Source of the DNA: Cyanobacteria bacterium P01_D01_bin.156
GTDB lineage: Bacteria; Cyanobacteriota; Cyanobacteriia; Phormidesmidales; Phormidesmidaceae
DNA length: 64,000 nt
Direction: 5' to 3'
NCBI GenBank assembly: GCA_039024555.1
Contig: JBCCQQ010000003.1
Span: forward strand, 32,001 to 96,000
Under the pieces are notes generated by a model, which saw only the letters and a program-made list of their open reading frames with translations, had not been told where the DNA came from and searched no databases. Positions 53,269 to 62,908 of the stretch are shown here, one piece after another. The translations under genes were made by a program, and so were the position numbers. Every line of letters begins with the position of its first letter. Position 1 is the first letter of the stretch.

Positions 53269-54138
53269 TTGAGTTGGGAACATAGGTACGTCAAGGCAAA
53301 TTCCGTAAGGTTACACTACGTAACTCAGGGACAGGGTAAGCTTCTGGTCTTACTGCATGGTCTCTTTGAATTTTGGTATTCTTGGCGATATCAACTGCCT
53401 TACTTATCGCGTCATTTCAAAGTCGTTGTTCCTGATTTACGAGGCTATAACGATTCTGATAAGCCTAGTCATGGTTATGACCTAGATACCCTAAGTGCTG
53501 ATATTCGGGCAATTATTCAGGAGCTGGGTTATCAGAAAGCCCATATCGTTGGTCATGATTGGGGAGGCACCGTTGCCTGTCATTTGGCGAATCGGTTTCC
53601 TACAAATATTGATCGGTTAGCTGTTTTAAGTACGCCTCAACGCTTACAAACAGTCTTAACCAATAAGCTCTCTATTAGCTGGGAGCATGTACAACGCAAT
53701 TGGCACCTATTAGCGTTGCAAACTCCTGGTATACCTCAGTGGCTTATCCAAGATAATTTGTCATCACTGTTAACCTACTTATTTCACCAGCAAGCTGTTC
53801 GTAAAAGCCCCTTCACTCGAGCGAATACTGAACTCTACCAGGCGGCATTAGAAAAGCCTGGTGTCATACCAGCCGTTTTGCAACATGTTCGTCATTGCTT
53901 TAGCCTCAACGAATGGTTAAGTACCTGGATAGGCACATCACAACGTTCTTTAACAGTTGGAGTCCCTACACTTTTGATGTGGGGCGAAGATGACGGTTTT
54001 ATTCCTGAATTAGGTAGTTTAGCTAGTCACGTCGTAAATAACAACTTATATAAACATTCAATTCCAGACTGTGGACATTGGATCCAACAAGAAGCTCCAA
54101 ATATTGTTAATCGCGAGCTTCTAGCGTTTTTAAACTAA
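53269..54138 (+). CDS. Alpha/beta hydrolase, epoxide hydrolase-like
   Basis: LLHGLFEFWYSW, PDLRGYNDS, nucleophile motif GHDWGG, WGEDD and CGHWIQQE. Confidence 0.9.
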   Translation: MSWEHRYVKANSVRLHYVTQGQGKLLVLLHGLFEFWYSWRYQLPYLSRHFKVVVPDLRGYNDSDKPSHGYDLDTLSADIRAIIQELGYQKAHIVGHDWGGTVACHLANRFPTNIDRLAVLSTPQRLQTVLTNKLSISWEHVQRNWHLLALQTPGIPQWLIQDNLSSLLTYLFHQQAVRKSPFTRANTELYQAALEKPGVIPAVLQHVRHCFSLNEWLSTWIGTSQRSLTVGVPTLLMWGEDDGFIPELGSLASHVVNNNLYKHSIPDCGHWIQQEAPNIVNRELLAFLN

Positions 54139-54543
54139 AGTTTCAAATCCTACATCTGTAAACGTTTGATAGAGCGCTTGACTCCCCAAAGTAGCAACTG
54201 CTGACAATTTTCAAGGTTTTCACGGTGGTTATTGATGTGATGCGTCTGGCCTTCGCACGCTATGTTCAGAGAGTATGGATGAACTTTAAACAAATGCACT
54301 TAATGTTGCTTATAATCTGCGCATTCACCAGTCGACTACTAAGTAAGACCCAAATTTTTAAACAGTTACCTTAGTCCGGATAGTTAATAATCATTTCATA
54401 ATTTACCGGGTCAACTTCAAGCTTCTATGGAAGTACTGATATCTGGCCTGTTCAAGATAAAGCTTTATGAAGATGGGGATAGAAGAAATTGATTGGTTTG
54501 ATTACTTAAAACCAAAACTTGCTCACTATGCGGGTACGTTTAT

Positions 54544-55248
54544 GTGCTCGTAATCCCGCGTAGGTCAACCTCCGCTGCTTGTGCTGTTCCTGAGATTCAA
54601 AGCTACAGAATTCCTATCGTCAAACATTTGAGACAAGGTTCCGACCTAGCGTTCTCTTTGAACATCTTTATGGCGTATCCAAACAATCTGGCAGAGTATC
54701 AAATGATGATGCTTTCGGATGAAAGTGCAGCAAATACTCGATCGAAGCTAGGACTTTTTCAAGCATTTGCAAAGTTGTATGAGCATGATTACGAGCTGTT
54801 AGACAGTATGCTTGAACTAGATGCAAATAATCCAGTTCGTTTAGCTACGTATATTCATGGCTTAATTTGTGACGAACAGGTTTATATCATTAGCAACTTA
54901 GCAACGGGAAAATCACAGCGATTTAATTCTACTGATGGGTTATGGACCATTGGTCGTGACCCACGGCAATCACATATTGCCATAGCGGATAAACGATTAT
55001 CTCGTTGCCATGCTGCACTGCAATACAGCACTGAACACAGAGGATTTATACTCTCCGATTTAGAAAGTACAAACGGCACGTATGTTAATGGCGAAAAGCT
55101 GAAACGAGTCTATGCCCTACGTGATGGCGATCGCATCCGCATTGGTAGCTCTTTATTTCATTTCTTCACTTGCTTTACTAAACCTAGATCCATACTCCCA
55201 AGTAGTGATCCAGTCGAGGACGGCGCAGACAATGGAACATTACATTAA
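54544..55248 (+). CDS. FHA domain-containing protein
   Basis: WTIGRD, LSRCHA, DLESTNGTYVNG and LRDGDRIRIG. The real start is probably near ATG 54670. Confidence 0.9.
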   Translation: MLVIPRRSTSAACAVPEIQSYRIPIVKHLRQGSDLAFSLNIFMAYPNNLAEYQMMMLSDESAANTRSKLGLFQAFAKLYEHDYELLDSMLELDANNPVRLATYIHGLICDEQVYIISNLATGKSQRFNSTDGLWTIGRDPRQSHIAIADKRLSRCHAALQYSTEHRGFILSDLESTNGTYVNGEKLKRVYALRDGDRIRIGSSLFHFFTCFTKPRSILPSSDPVEDGADNGTLH

Positions 55249-55325
55249 TTAAGTAGCAGCTATTGCTAAGGAATCAGGATTTAATAACGTCCATATTTTT
55301 GCTTGAAACAACGTCAGATATTGGG

Positions 55326-55412
55326 CCTCCTCCGGGGACGGGCTCTGCGTTAGGTTGACCGTTAGCGCTACGGATCCATCCGCCCCGCCTGCGGCACTCC
55401 TCCCCGGAGGGG
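55326..55412. repeat. GC-rich element of about 87 bp with terminal inverted repeats (MITE-like or short dispersed repeat)
   Basis: CCTCCGGGGA (55329-55338) and TCCCCGGAGG (55401-55410) are perfect inverted repeats. The element is abruptly GC-rich within AT-rich flanks, between the convergent FHA gene and recA. Confidence 0.55.
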
Positions 55413-55441
55413 ATAAGTCGGTACATTATTAAATGCCGATC

Positions 55442-56542
55442 TTAAGCTTTTTCCTTGGTCTTGCGCGTCGTTGTTTTAGACTTACTAGCCGCAGGCTCTT
55501 CCTCAGGGGAGCTGACTTCTGGCTCAGATGCAGTTTCTCCACCAATTTCTAATACCTGTCGCAGCTGCTGTTCAACTTCAGTCGTGACATCAGGATTATC
55601 CATTAAATAGCGAATGGCATTATCTCGGCCCTGGCTAATGTTGTCACCTTTATAGCTGTACCAAGCACCTTTGCGAGTCAGAATATTTTGCTCTTCTGCT
55701 AGATCAACAATGCAGCCTAGGGTAGAAATACCTTCACCAAAAATGATGTCAAATTCAGCGATTCGGAACGGTGGGGCAATCTTATTTTTAGCAACCTTGA
55801 CCTTGGCCCGAATTCCAAACTGTTCATTTCCCTTTTTGAGGGTTTGAATGCGTCGGATATCTAAACGTACCGAGGCATAAAACTTGAGAGCGTTACCCCC
55901 GCTAGTCGTTTCAGGATTACCGTAGGTGACCCCAATCTTGAGCCGGAGCTGATTGAGAAAAATTACGGTACAGCCAGACTTACCGATGTTACCGGTAATT
56001 TTTCGTAGCGCCTGACTCATTAAACGAGCCTGTAGACCCACATGGGAATCACCCATTTCGCCTTCGATTTCAGCTCGTGGAACAAGCGCCGCAACGGAGT
56101 CAATGACAACGATATCAATTGCCGAGGAACGAACTAACTGATCCACAATTTCTAAGGCTGCTTCACCAGTGTCAGGCTGCGATACCAGCAAATCGTCAAT
56201 ATTCACCCCCAATGCAGCGGAATAGACCGGATCTAGAGCATGTTCAGCATCAACAAATGCTGCTACACCACCTTGTTTTTGAACTTCTGCGATCGCATGC
56301 AACGCTAGCGTCGTTTTACCTGAACTTTCAGGGCCATAAATCTCAATGATCCGTCCCCTGGGAATACCCCCACCCAGGGCCAAATCTAGGGTCATCGCCC
56401 CAGAAGGAATGGTTTCAACCTTCATGCGCTGCGCATCCCCGAGGCGCATAATGGTGCCTTTACCGAAGTTGCGCTCAATTTGATTGAGCACCATATCTAG
56501 GGCTTTTTTGCGCTCGTTGTTTTCGGTGGATGTTTTTGCCAT
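55442..56542 (-). CDS. recA: Recombinase A
   Basis: [32 protein letters not shown] and [17 protein letters not shown]; no intein seen. Confidence 0.99.
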   Translation of the reverse strand: MAKTSTENNERKKALDMVLNQIERNFGKGTIMRLGDAQRMKVETIPSGAMTLDLALGGGIPRGRIIEIYGPESSGKTTLALHAIAEVQKQGGVAAFVDAEHALDPVYSAALGVNIDDLLVSQPDTGEAALEIVDQLVRSSAIDIVVIDSVAALVPRAEIEGEMGDSHVGLQARLMSQALRKITGNIGKSGCTVIFLNQLRLKIGVTYGNPETTSGGNALKFYASVRLDIRRIQTLKKGNEQFGIRAKVKVAKNKIAPPFRIAEFDIIFGEGISTLGCIVDLAEEQNILTRKGAWYSYKGDNISQGRDNAIRYLMDNPDVTTEVEQQLRQVLEIGGETASEPEVSSPEEEPAASKSKTTTRKTKEKA

Positions 56543-56682
56543 GCTGCCTAAAATTTAAGATGAGTGTGGCTGAGTCCAGCCAATTATACGTTCACACTAT
56601 GGAGAGCAAACTATCTTACTGGAAGCAAAACCTGATCCAGAAATAACAAGTTCTATCCATCGCTGAAATTGTAACCGCAAGT

Positions 56683-56696
56683 CATACAAATGTACT
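56683..56696 (-). promoter_or_regulatory. Probable cyanobacterial LexA (SOS) box
   Basis: AGTACATTTGTATG on the minus strand matches RGTACNNNDGTWCB with one mismatch. It lies in the divergent recA/xseA intergenic region. Confidence 0.55.
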
Positions 56697-56838
56697 ATAA
56701 AAGTACTATTTATTTATAGTTGCGTGGGGCAGTGAGTTAGAAGATCTCCATAGATTTTGCAAGTTAGCGCAACACTCGGAGCGCTCTAGATTGAACAGTA
56801 AACTATTTTCATAGTCCATAACCCTGATAAAACAATTT

Positions 56839-58062
56839 ATGGCAGCGGATAGCTTAGACTTCAAAGCAGTCAGTGTGGCAGGGGTCACCGAATATATCCA
56901 ACTACTACTAGAAGGGGACGAGAACCTACGCAATATTTGGATTATTGGTGAAGTCTCCAGCGCCCGCAACCATGGTAGCGGCTGTTTTTTTGCGCTGCAG
57001 GAACCCGATGGCTCAGCTACTCTCAATGCAGTGGTTTGGCGCAGCCAGCTACCTAAACTCAGTGTTTTGCCTACGGTCGGTGAGCAGGTCATAGTCTTGG
57101 GCCAGCTCAAGGTTTATCCCAAACGAGGCAGCTATCAACTAACAACCTGGCAAGTATTACCTGCTGGAGATGGGTTACAAGCACTGAGATATCGTCAGCT
57201 GCGCAGCCGCCTAGCGAGTGAGGGGTTATTTGATGCAGAACGCAAACGACCACTGCCAGAATTTCCCAACCACATTGCAGTTGTCACATCAGCCCAGGCC
57301 GCAGCTTGGGGCGACATTCAACAAACCTTAACCCAGCGACATCCAGGGCTCAAGGTGCTGTTATCGCCTGCCATTGTACAGGGGGCTCAAGCACCGAGAT
57401 CCATTGCCCAGGCTATCGACAATGTGGTGACGGATGGTCGTGCAGAAGTCTTGCTGCTAGGTCGAGGGGGCGGTGCCGTGGAAGATTTGGTATGTTTTGA
57501 CGACGAGCGGGTCGTAAGAGCGATCTCAACCTGCCCAATACCAGTGATTACGGGCATTGGGCATGAACGTGACGAATCCTTAGCTGATTTGGTCGCCGAT
57601 GTCTGCGCTCACACACCGACCGCTGCTGCTGAGCAAATTGTGCCATCCCTCAGCGACTTACGTTATCAACAAGCTCAGCTTTTACAGCGTCTCGCCCAGG
57701 TTACTGGGACCCGGCTTTACCAACAAAAAACTCATCTCAATCAGCTTTCTCTACGTTTACAGCGACTGCATCCAGAACGTCAGCTCAACCAAGCTCATCA
57801 GGAGCACCAGTGGCGTACACAAAGACTGCTGAAAGCCATGCAAAATCATCTCCAGTCCGCACAACATCGGCATCAGCTGCTTACTGAAAAACTCGCCACG
57901 CTAGATCCTGAAGCAGTACTGCACCGTGGCTATGCGTTAGTCAAGGAAGCGTCTGGTGCAATTGTCACAAAGACCGATATGGTATCTCCCGGCGATACTA
58001 TTACTGTTCAACTCGCTCAGGGACAGATTGAAGCAGAAGTCATTAACCTGGAAGATAAGTAA
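56839..58062 (+). CDS. xseA: Exodeoxyribonuclease VII large subunit
   Basis: WIIGEVS, EGLFD..RKRPLP, RGGG..EDL, GIGHERD and HTPTAAAE. Confidence 0.96.
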   Translation: MAADSLDFKAVSVAGVTEYIQLLLEGDENLRNIWIIGEVSSARNHGSGCFFALQEPDGSATLNAVVWRSQLPKLSVLPTVGEQVIVLGQLKVYPKRGSYQLTTWQVLPAGDGLQALRYRQLRSRLASEGLFDAERKRPLPEFPNHIAVVTSAQAAAWGDIQQTLTQRHPGLKVLLSPAIVQGAQAPRSIAQAIDNVVTDGRAEVLLLGRGGGAVEDLVCFDDERVVRAISTCPIPVITGIGHERDESLADLVADVCAHTPTAAAEQIVPSLSDLRYQQAQLLQRLAQVTGTRLYQQKTHLNQLSLRLQRLHPERQLNQAHQEHQWRTQRLLKAMQNHLQSAQHRHQLLTEKLATLDPEAVLHRGYALVKEASGAIVTKTDMVSPGDTITVQLAQGQIEAEVINLEDK

Positions 58063-58088
58063 CTATTCTGCACATCTGCACTATCCCA

Positions 58089-58316
58089 ATGCCAAGAGCT
58101 AAAAAAACTGCTGATACCTGGAACTATGAAGCTTCCGTTGAACAAGTAGAGGTAATCATTACTGAGCTAGAAACCGGCGAACTACCCCTCGCTAGTATTT
58201 TTGAACAGTTTGAAAAAGCAGTCACGGAACTCAAAAAGTGCGACAGCTTTCTGCAAGAAAAACAACAACAGGCACAGTTGCTGATTGAAACCTTACTGCC
58301 GGACGAGCCTGAATAA
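58089..58316 (+). CDS. xseB: Exodeoxyribonuclease VII small subunit
   Basis: YEASVEQVE.II..LETGELPL...FE.AV..LKKC; directly follows xseA. Confidence 0.93.
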   Translation: MPRAKKTADTWNYEASVEQVEVIITELETGELPLASIFEQFEKAVTELKKCDSFLQEKQQQAQLLIETLLPDEPE

Positions 58317-58322
58317 ATAAGA

Positions 58323-59000
58323 CTACCTTGCCTTAAAGTTTTGGGCATCCAGTGCTAGTAGCTCTTGCCGAAAGGCTTTGAACGAAGGACATAGAGTAGA
58401 AACTATATCCAAGTCCATAGCACTAGCCAGCTCTCGACGAATATGATGCGATTGTCGAGATGGGTGTGCAATCTCCTGGGTCCATTGCTGCAATTTTTGC
58501 TTCGCTTCAGCACAAGCTAGTTTTTCAGGTGCTTGGCAGTCATGGTCAATCTTGCCAATAACTTGACTAATCGCTTTTGAGTCTGCAATTAACCAGGACT
58601 CAAATTCTTTAACGGCTACGCCAACAGCACCTGTAAGTAAATTTCTATCTAACGCGTTTCTTAGTACAGAAGCACGCTCTGCAGGAGGCTGATCGTCACT
58701 ATCTACAAGAAAAACAATCAAGGGAGGTGTCAACAACCAACCTGCCAAAATTTCATCCAGCAGATTGTTATCTAGTAGTTGACTACCCCGAGCACGCGCA
58801 CCAGTTTTTGTACGTAGGGGTTCTACAAAATCAATAGCTGCAGAAGGGATTTGAGCCCCTTCTGCCAAAATTCGCTGCACAATGACATGAACTGGTCCCC
58901 AATCATTGGGCTGTAATGAATTCTTAGGCGATATATCCCATGAAGATACCCCTAAATCTCCCGGTCCTTCTGCATGTACCACCATACAAATCGCTGTCAT
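58323..59000 (-). CDS. DUF4276-like / TOPRIM-like protein partnering the upstream ATPase
   Basis: VVHAEGPGD (TOPRIM-type Glu), FLVDSDD (DxD), KEFESWLIAD and C-terminal CPSFKAF. ATG at 59000 is 1 nt after the ATPase stop. Confidence 0.75.
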   Translation of the reverse strand: MTAICMVVHAEGPGDLGVSSWDISPKNSLQPNDWGPVHVIVQRILAEGAQIPSAAIDFVEPLRTKTGARARGSQLLDNNLLDEILAGWLLTPPLIVFLVDSDDQPPAERASVLRNALDRNLLTGAVGVAVKEFESWLIADSKAISQVIGKIDHDCQAPEKLACAEAKQKLQQWTQEIAHPSRQSHHIRRELASAMDLDIVSTLCPSFKAFRQELLALDAQNFKAR

Positions 59001-59001
59001 C

Positions 59002-59973
59002 TTAAATTCCAGGCACTCCACCAAGAGCACCTGTCATCCACATACTGCCTAAGGAACTTTGGAATTGGTCATATACTCTTTGCCAGTTTGGATTATCAAT
59101 AGGAGCTTGCTCAATTTCGGTTTCACCAGTTTCACGGCTGCGACGAATAAAACGAACTTCCTCAGGCTCTAGGCAGTTTAGAAAAGATTGGGAGTGGGTG
59201 GTGCAGACAATTTGTATTGGCTCATTATTGAATTCACCTCTGCTTAGTTGCCGAAACATCTCAACAACGTGACGCTGAAGATAAGGATGTAAGGCCCTAT
59301 CCGGATCTTCGATTACTGCAAGCGTTGGTGCATCTTTCTGGAAACAAAGAGCGACTAAAGCGGCAGTCAGCATAGTACCGTCTGACACTTGATCTGGTTC
59401 GTACCAAAAATCTTTCTGCCAGCGGTCTAGAAACTGTAAGCGAACTTGTCCCTGTATTGCTCTAACTTTGACATCAGAATACATTGGTATGAGACGAGTA
59501 AACGTCTCTACATACATACTTTGAGCCGTTCTTGAAAGGGTGTTGAAAAGATTCGCTAAGTGACTTCCCCTTGAATCAAGCTTCCATATCTCATTGGCTT
59601 GATACGACCCGCATAATGCACTCAATAAAAATGAATATTTAAACCTTTTGCCCGTCAAAATTTTAGAGGGATCATAAGATGGCGCTCCCCCTTGAGTCCA
59701 AATTGGGTGTTCTTTACCTTGCCAAAAATAACTGCGTTCAAAGAATTGGATGTACTCTTCAGTATGGTATGCAGGTGCATCTAATCTCTTCAAATACTTA
59801 TCTTCTTTAATCAAATCTTTTGGAGACACAGTTAGAGCATCTGCGATCGCACTTTTCCCAGATGCATTAGGCCCCACAAACACCGTAAACGGACCTAATT
59901 CCAACGTGACATCTCGGAGACAACGAAAATTTTGAATGCGGACGCTTTCTATCACAGCGATTTCTAAACGCAA
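59002..59973 (-). CDS. AAA_21/AAA_15-type ABC ATPase (SMC/OLD/AbiEii-like), soluble
   Basis: IQNFRCL, Walker A GPNASGKS, signature VSDGT, Walker B/D-loop IEDPDRALHP and H-loop TTHS. The start may be GTG 59955. Confidence 0.88.
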   Translation of the reverse strand: MRLEIAVIESVRIQNFRCLRDVTLELGPFTVFVGPNASGKSAIADALTVSPKDLIKEDKYLKRLDAPAYHTEEYIQFFERSYFWQGKEHPIWTQGGAPSYDPSKILTGKRFKYSFLLSALCGSYQANEIWKLDSRGSHLANLFNTLSRTAQSMYVETFTRLIPMYSDVKVRAIQGQVRLQFLDRWQKDFWYEPDQVSDGTMLTAALVALCFQKDAPTLAVIEDPDRALHPYLQRHVVEMFRQLSRGEFNNEPIQIVCTTHSQSFLNCLEPEEVRFIRRSRETGETEIEQAPIDNPNWQRVYDQFQSSLGSMWMTGALGGVPGI

Positions 59974-60034
59974 CCTTCAGAGCCAGACCTAGCTCTGGGC
60001 ACATCATAGCGCTCTCACGTTAACAGTTAGTCGT

Positions 60035-60787
60035 TCAATTAACGGCTGCCGTCAGCAAAATCGTAAACGCAGTACCCTCTCCGGGAGTACTTTTCACGGC
60101 AATAGACGCTCCACAGTGCGCCAACCATTGCTGCACCAGTGCCAAGCCTAAACCATTGCCATCCGATAGATGGTTATAAAACGGATCAAAAATTTGACTC
60201 AACTCATTTGAAGCCATTCCACAGCCATTATCTTGAATCACTAGGGCAACTTGTCGATCTCCATGCTGGTGAGCTTTAACCCAAATGCGCCCATTAGCCT
60301 TAACGAAACGAATACTGTTTGCCAATACCCCCACTAAGACCTGCTTAAGGTAACTCTCAATCGCCAATACAGGGGGAAGCTCTTTAGCAACTGTATAGGC
60401 TAAGAGAATGTTGTTTTCCTGAGTTAAAGGCTGATACATGCTGACCACACCAGGCACTAAATCCCACAGCTGAACCTTTTCCTGGGTAGATACCTGGGGC
60501 ATCAGTTGCAGCTGCAACAGCTCAAAAACATTGTTAATAAGACCACTTTGCCGATCGCAGGCCTGGCCAATCATGTCTAAATAACGTTGCCGCTGCTGCG
60601 GTCTCAGGTGCGGCGAATTGAGCAACGTTAAGGCCGTTTTAATCGTGGTGATTGGATTATTGAGTTCTTGAGCAGCCGTCTTAAGAAACTGAGGCGTAAT
60701 AACCTCAGGCGGAGGCGATGGCGTTTCTGACGCGCGTAAGCCCTGGGGCGATGTTAAAGCAGATGACCTGGCCCTAGAAGCATCCAT
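60035..60787 (-). CDS. Sensor-less histidine-kinase-like protein with Gln in place of the phospho-acceptor His
   Basis: H-box position reads AQELNNP. HATPase boxes ANSIRF, QDNGCG, IFDPFY and GNGLGL are present. Confidence 0.8.
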   Translation of the reverse strand: MDASRARSSALTSPQGLRASETPSPPPEVITPQFLKTAAQELNNPITTIKTALTLLNSPHLRPQQRQRYLDMIGQACDRQSGLINNVFELLQLQLMPQVSTQEKVQLWDLVPGVVSMYQPLTQENNILLAYTVAKELPPVLAIESYLKQVLVGVLANSIRFVKANGRIWVKAHQHGDRQVALVIQDNGCGMASNELSQIFDPFYNHLSDGNGLGLALVQQWLAHCGASIAVKSTPGEGTAFTILLTAAVN

Positions 60788-60920
60788 AGTAAGTAAGCGC
60801 GCCCAAGGCGGTTGATGGCTATTTTCTAAAGGGTAGTCAAGAGGTAAGGATGATAAATGGGTATTCTCACTTAACTTTCAGTACTAGCACTGAGTAGAGT
60901 CGCGTACTGCTGCCCAACAT

Positions 60921-62423
60921 TTAGGAGGATAAACGGTTTGTCAAAGCAAGCTTGGCCTGTTCTCGATCGTCAAAGTGTATTTTCTCTGTTCCAAGGATTT
61001 GGTAGTCTTCGTGGCCTTTGCCCGCAATCAGAATGCCATCCCCTGGTTTAGCTGAAGAAACCGCGTGTTGAATAGCAGCTGCGCGATCGCAAATGATGAC
61101 ATTCTCATCTAATGGACCATCAATCCCAGCAACTACGTCTGCCAAAATCTTTTCTGGTTCTTCAGTGCGTGGATTATCCGAGGTAATCACAACGCGATCT
61201 GCTAGATCGTAGGCAATTTTTCCCATCAATGGACGCTTGGTGCGATCGCGATCTCCACCACAGCCAAACACACAAATCATGTCGCCACTAATAAAAGGAC
61301 GGGCCGCCCGCAACGCATTCTCCAAACTATCTGGCGTGTGCGCATAGTCAACAATCACACTGATATCTTGTTCAGGGCTCGCCTGCACTCGCTCCATTCG
61401 ACCAGGCACACCGCTAAACCCTTTCAAAGCAGCAATTACAGACTCTAGGGGAACACCCAAATGAATAGCCGCTCCGGCTGCTGCCAATAAATTTTCTAGA
61501 TTGAACTGCCCTACTAGAGGTGAGGTAAAGGACACTGAGCCTACGGGAGTTACCAAGGTACCGACCATCCCCGCCGAGCTATAGCTAACATCAGTGGCAT
61601 GGAGATCGGCTCTGGTATCCGAAATATGATAGCTCCATACTTTTTGCCGCCCTAGGCGGTCAATGAGTCTTTGGCCATAGGGGGCTTTACTATTGATAAT
61701 GGCCCGACCCTTTAGGTAGTCCGAACTAAAAAGCAGGGCTTTAGCTTCAAAGTAGTCCTCAAACGTCTTGTGATAGTCCAGATGGTCTTGGGTCAGGTTG
61801 GTGAAAACAGCCACTTCAAAGGAACAACCCCAGACTCGTTTTTGAGCCAGCGCATGGGAGCTCACTTCCATAATGGCGTGGCCACAGCCTGCATCCACAA
61901 CTTTGGCCAACTCTCGTTGTAACTCAACCGGAAACGGAGTCGTGTGAACAGCTGTTTCTTGGTGTCCGGGCCAGCGGGTGTAGAGGGTCCCCAAGAGTCC
62001 CGTAGGCACCTGAGCCGTATTCAGCAAGTGCTCAACAATATGGGTAGTGGTAGTTTTACCATTTGTACCGGTTACACCCACTAAATGTAGCGTTTGACCT
62101 GGATAATCATAGAACGCTGCGGCTAATTCCCCACAGACAGTGGGAATATCATCGACAGGAATCAGTAATACGGATTCATCAACAGAAGGCTTAGATTCCA
62201 GAGCATGGATCGAGATGATGGCTGCGATCGCACCCTTTTCTATAGCGCCAGGCCAAAATTCTCCACCATCGACCCGAGTACCAGGCATACCGATAAATAA
62301 ATCGCCTGGCTCGCAGTTTTTAGAGTTCACACATAGCCCAGTGACGGATTGATCCAAAGCTGGATGATCTATGTTGGGCACTAGCTCGGCTGGTAACTTT
62401 GCCAGTAACTCACGCAGCGTCAT
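60921..62423 (-). CDS. murE: UDP-N-acetylmuramoyl-L-alanyl-D-glutamate--2,6-diaminopimelate ligase
   Basis: GVTGTNGKTT, MEVSSH, TQDHLDYH, DYAHTPD, DNPR (mDAP-specific) and AGKGHE. Confidence 0.97.
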   Translation of the reverse strand: MTLRELLAKLPAELVPNIDHPALDQSVTGLCVNSKNCEPGDLFIGMPGTRVDGGEFWPGAIEKGAIAAIISIHALESKPSVDESVLLIPVDDIPTVCGELAAAFYDYPGQTLHLVGVTGTNGKTTTTHIVEHLLNTAQVPTGLLGTLYTRWPGHQETAVHTTPFPVELQRELAKVVDAGCGHAIMEVSSHALAQKRVWGCSFEVAVFTNLTQDHLDYHKTFEDYFEAKALLFSSDYLKGRAIINSKAPYGQRLIDRLGRQKVWSYHISDTRADLHATDVSYSSAGMVGTLVTPVGSVSFTSPLVGQFNLENLLAAAGAAIHLGVPLESVIAALKGFSGVPGRMERVQASPEQDISVIVDYAHTPDSLENALRAARPFISGDMICVFGCGGDRDRTKRPLMGKIAYDLADRVVITSDNPRTEEPEKILADVVAGIDGPLDENVIICDRAAAIQHAVSSAKPGDGILIAGKGHEDYQILGTEKIHFDDREQAKLALTNRLSS

Positions 62424-62455
62424 ACAGGTTTCTCCGATCTCTGATTTATCTGCGG

Positions 62456-62749
62456 TTATTCTGCCTCAAAGGGTCCTAGATATGTCTGTAACATTTGCTC
62501 TAACTGACGGAGTGGAGCTCTGGGAGACAATCGGGGAAGTGGCTGCTCCTTTTGCACTTCAGGCGTTTCGGGATAGTTGACCATACGACATAAAACAGGA
62601 ATTTCATACTGATATTCCGCAAACCAGGCTGGGTTTTGGGTAATGTCTCGCATTTCCACATCGATGGGCAGATTTAACTGCTCTAATTTTTCCTCTAGAC
62701 CTTCGCAGAGGTGACAACCAGGCTTTGTGTAAAAAATAAGCTTTTTCAT
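62456..62749 (-). CDS. Glutaredoxin-like protein (DUF836)
   Basis: YTKPGCHLC (CxxC) and YQYEIPVL. Confidence 0.88.
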   Translation of the reverse strand: MKKLIFYTKPGCHLCEGLEEKLEQLNLPIDVEMRDITQNPAWFAEYQYEIPVLCRMVNYPETPEVQKEQPLPRLSPRAPLRQLEQMLQTYLGPFEAE

Positions 62750-62908
62750 GAACTTTATTGTCCTACGCTGTGGGCAAACTGGTGGCGTTCCGGTTAATAC
62801 CCATTCAACCTATCGGATTAATCTACAATTCCCCGGTGGGTTATGTAGGATTATTGCGATAGGATTGTTCCATGTGAGTCTTTATGAGGATTATCCTCAA
62901 TCAAAATT

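Noticed and set aside
42490..56542. Inteins or introns in polA or recA
   Set aside because: Both proteins are of normal length with contiguous motifs.
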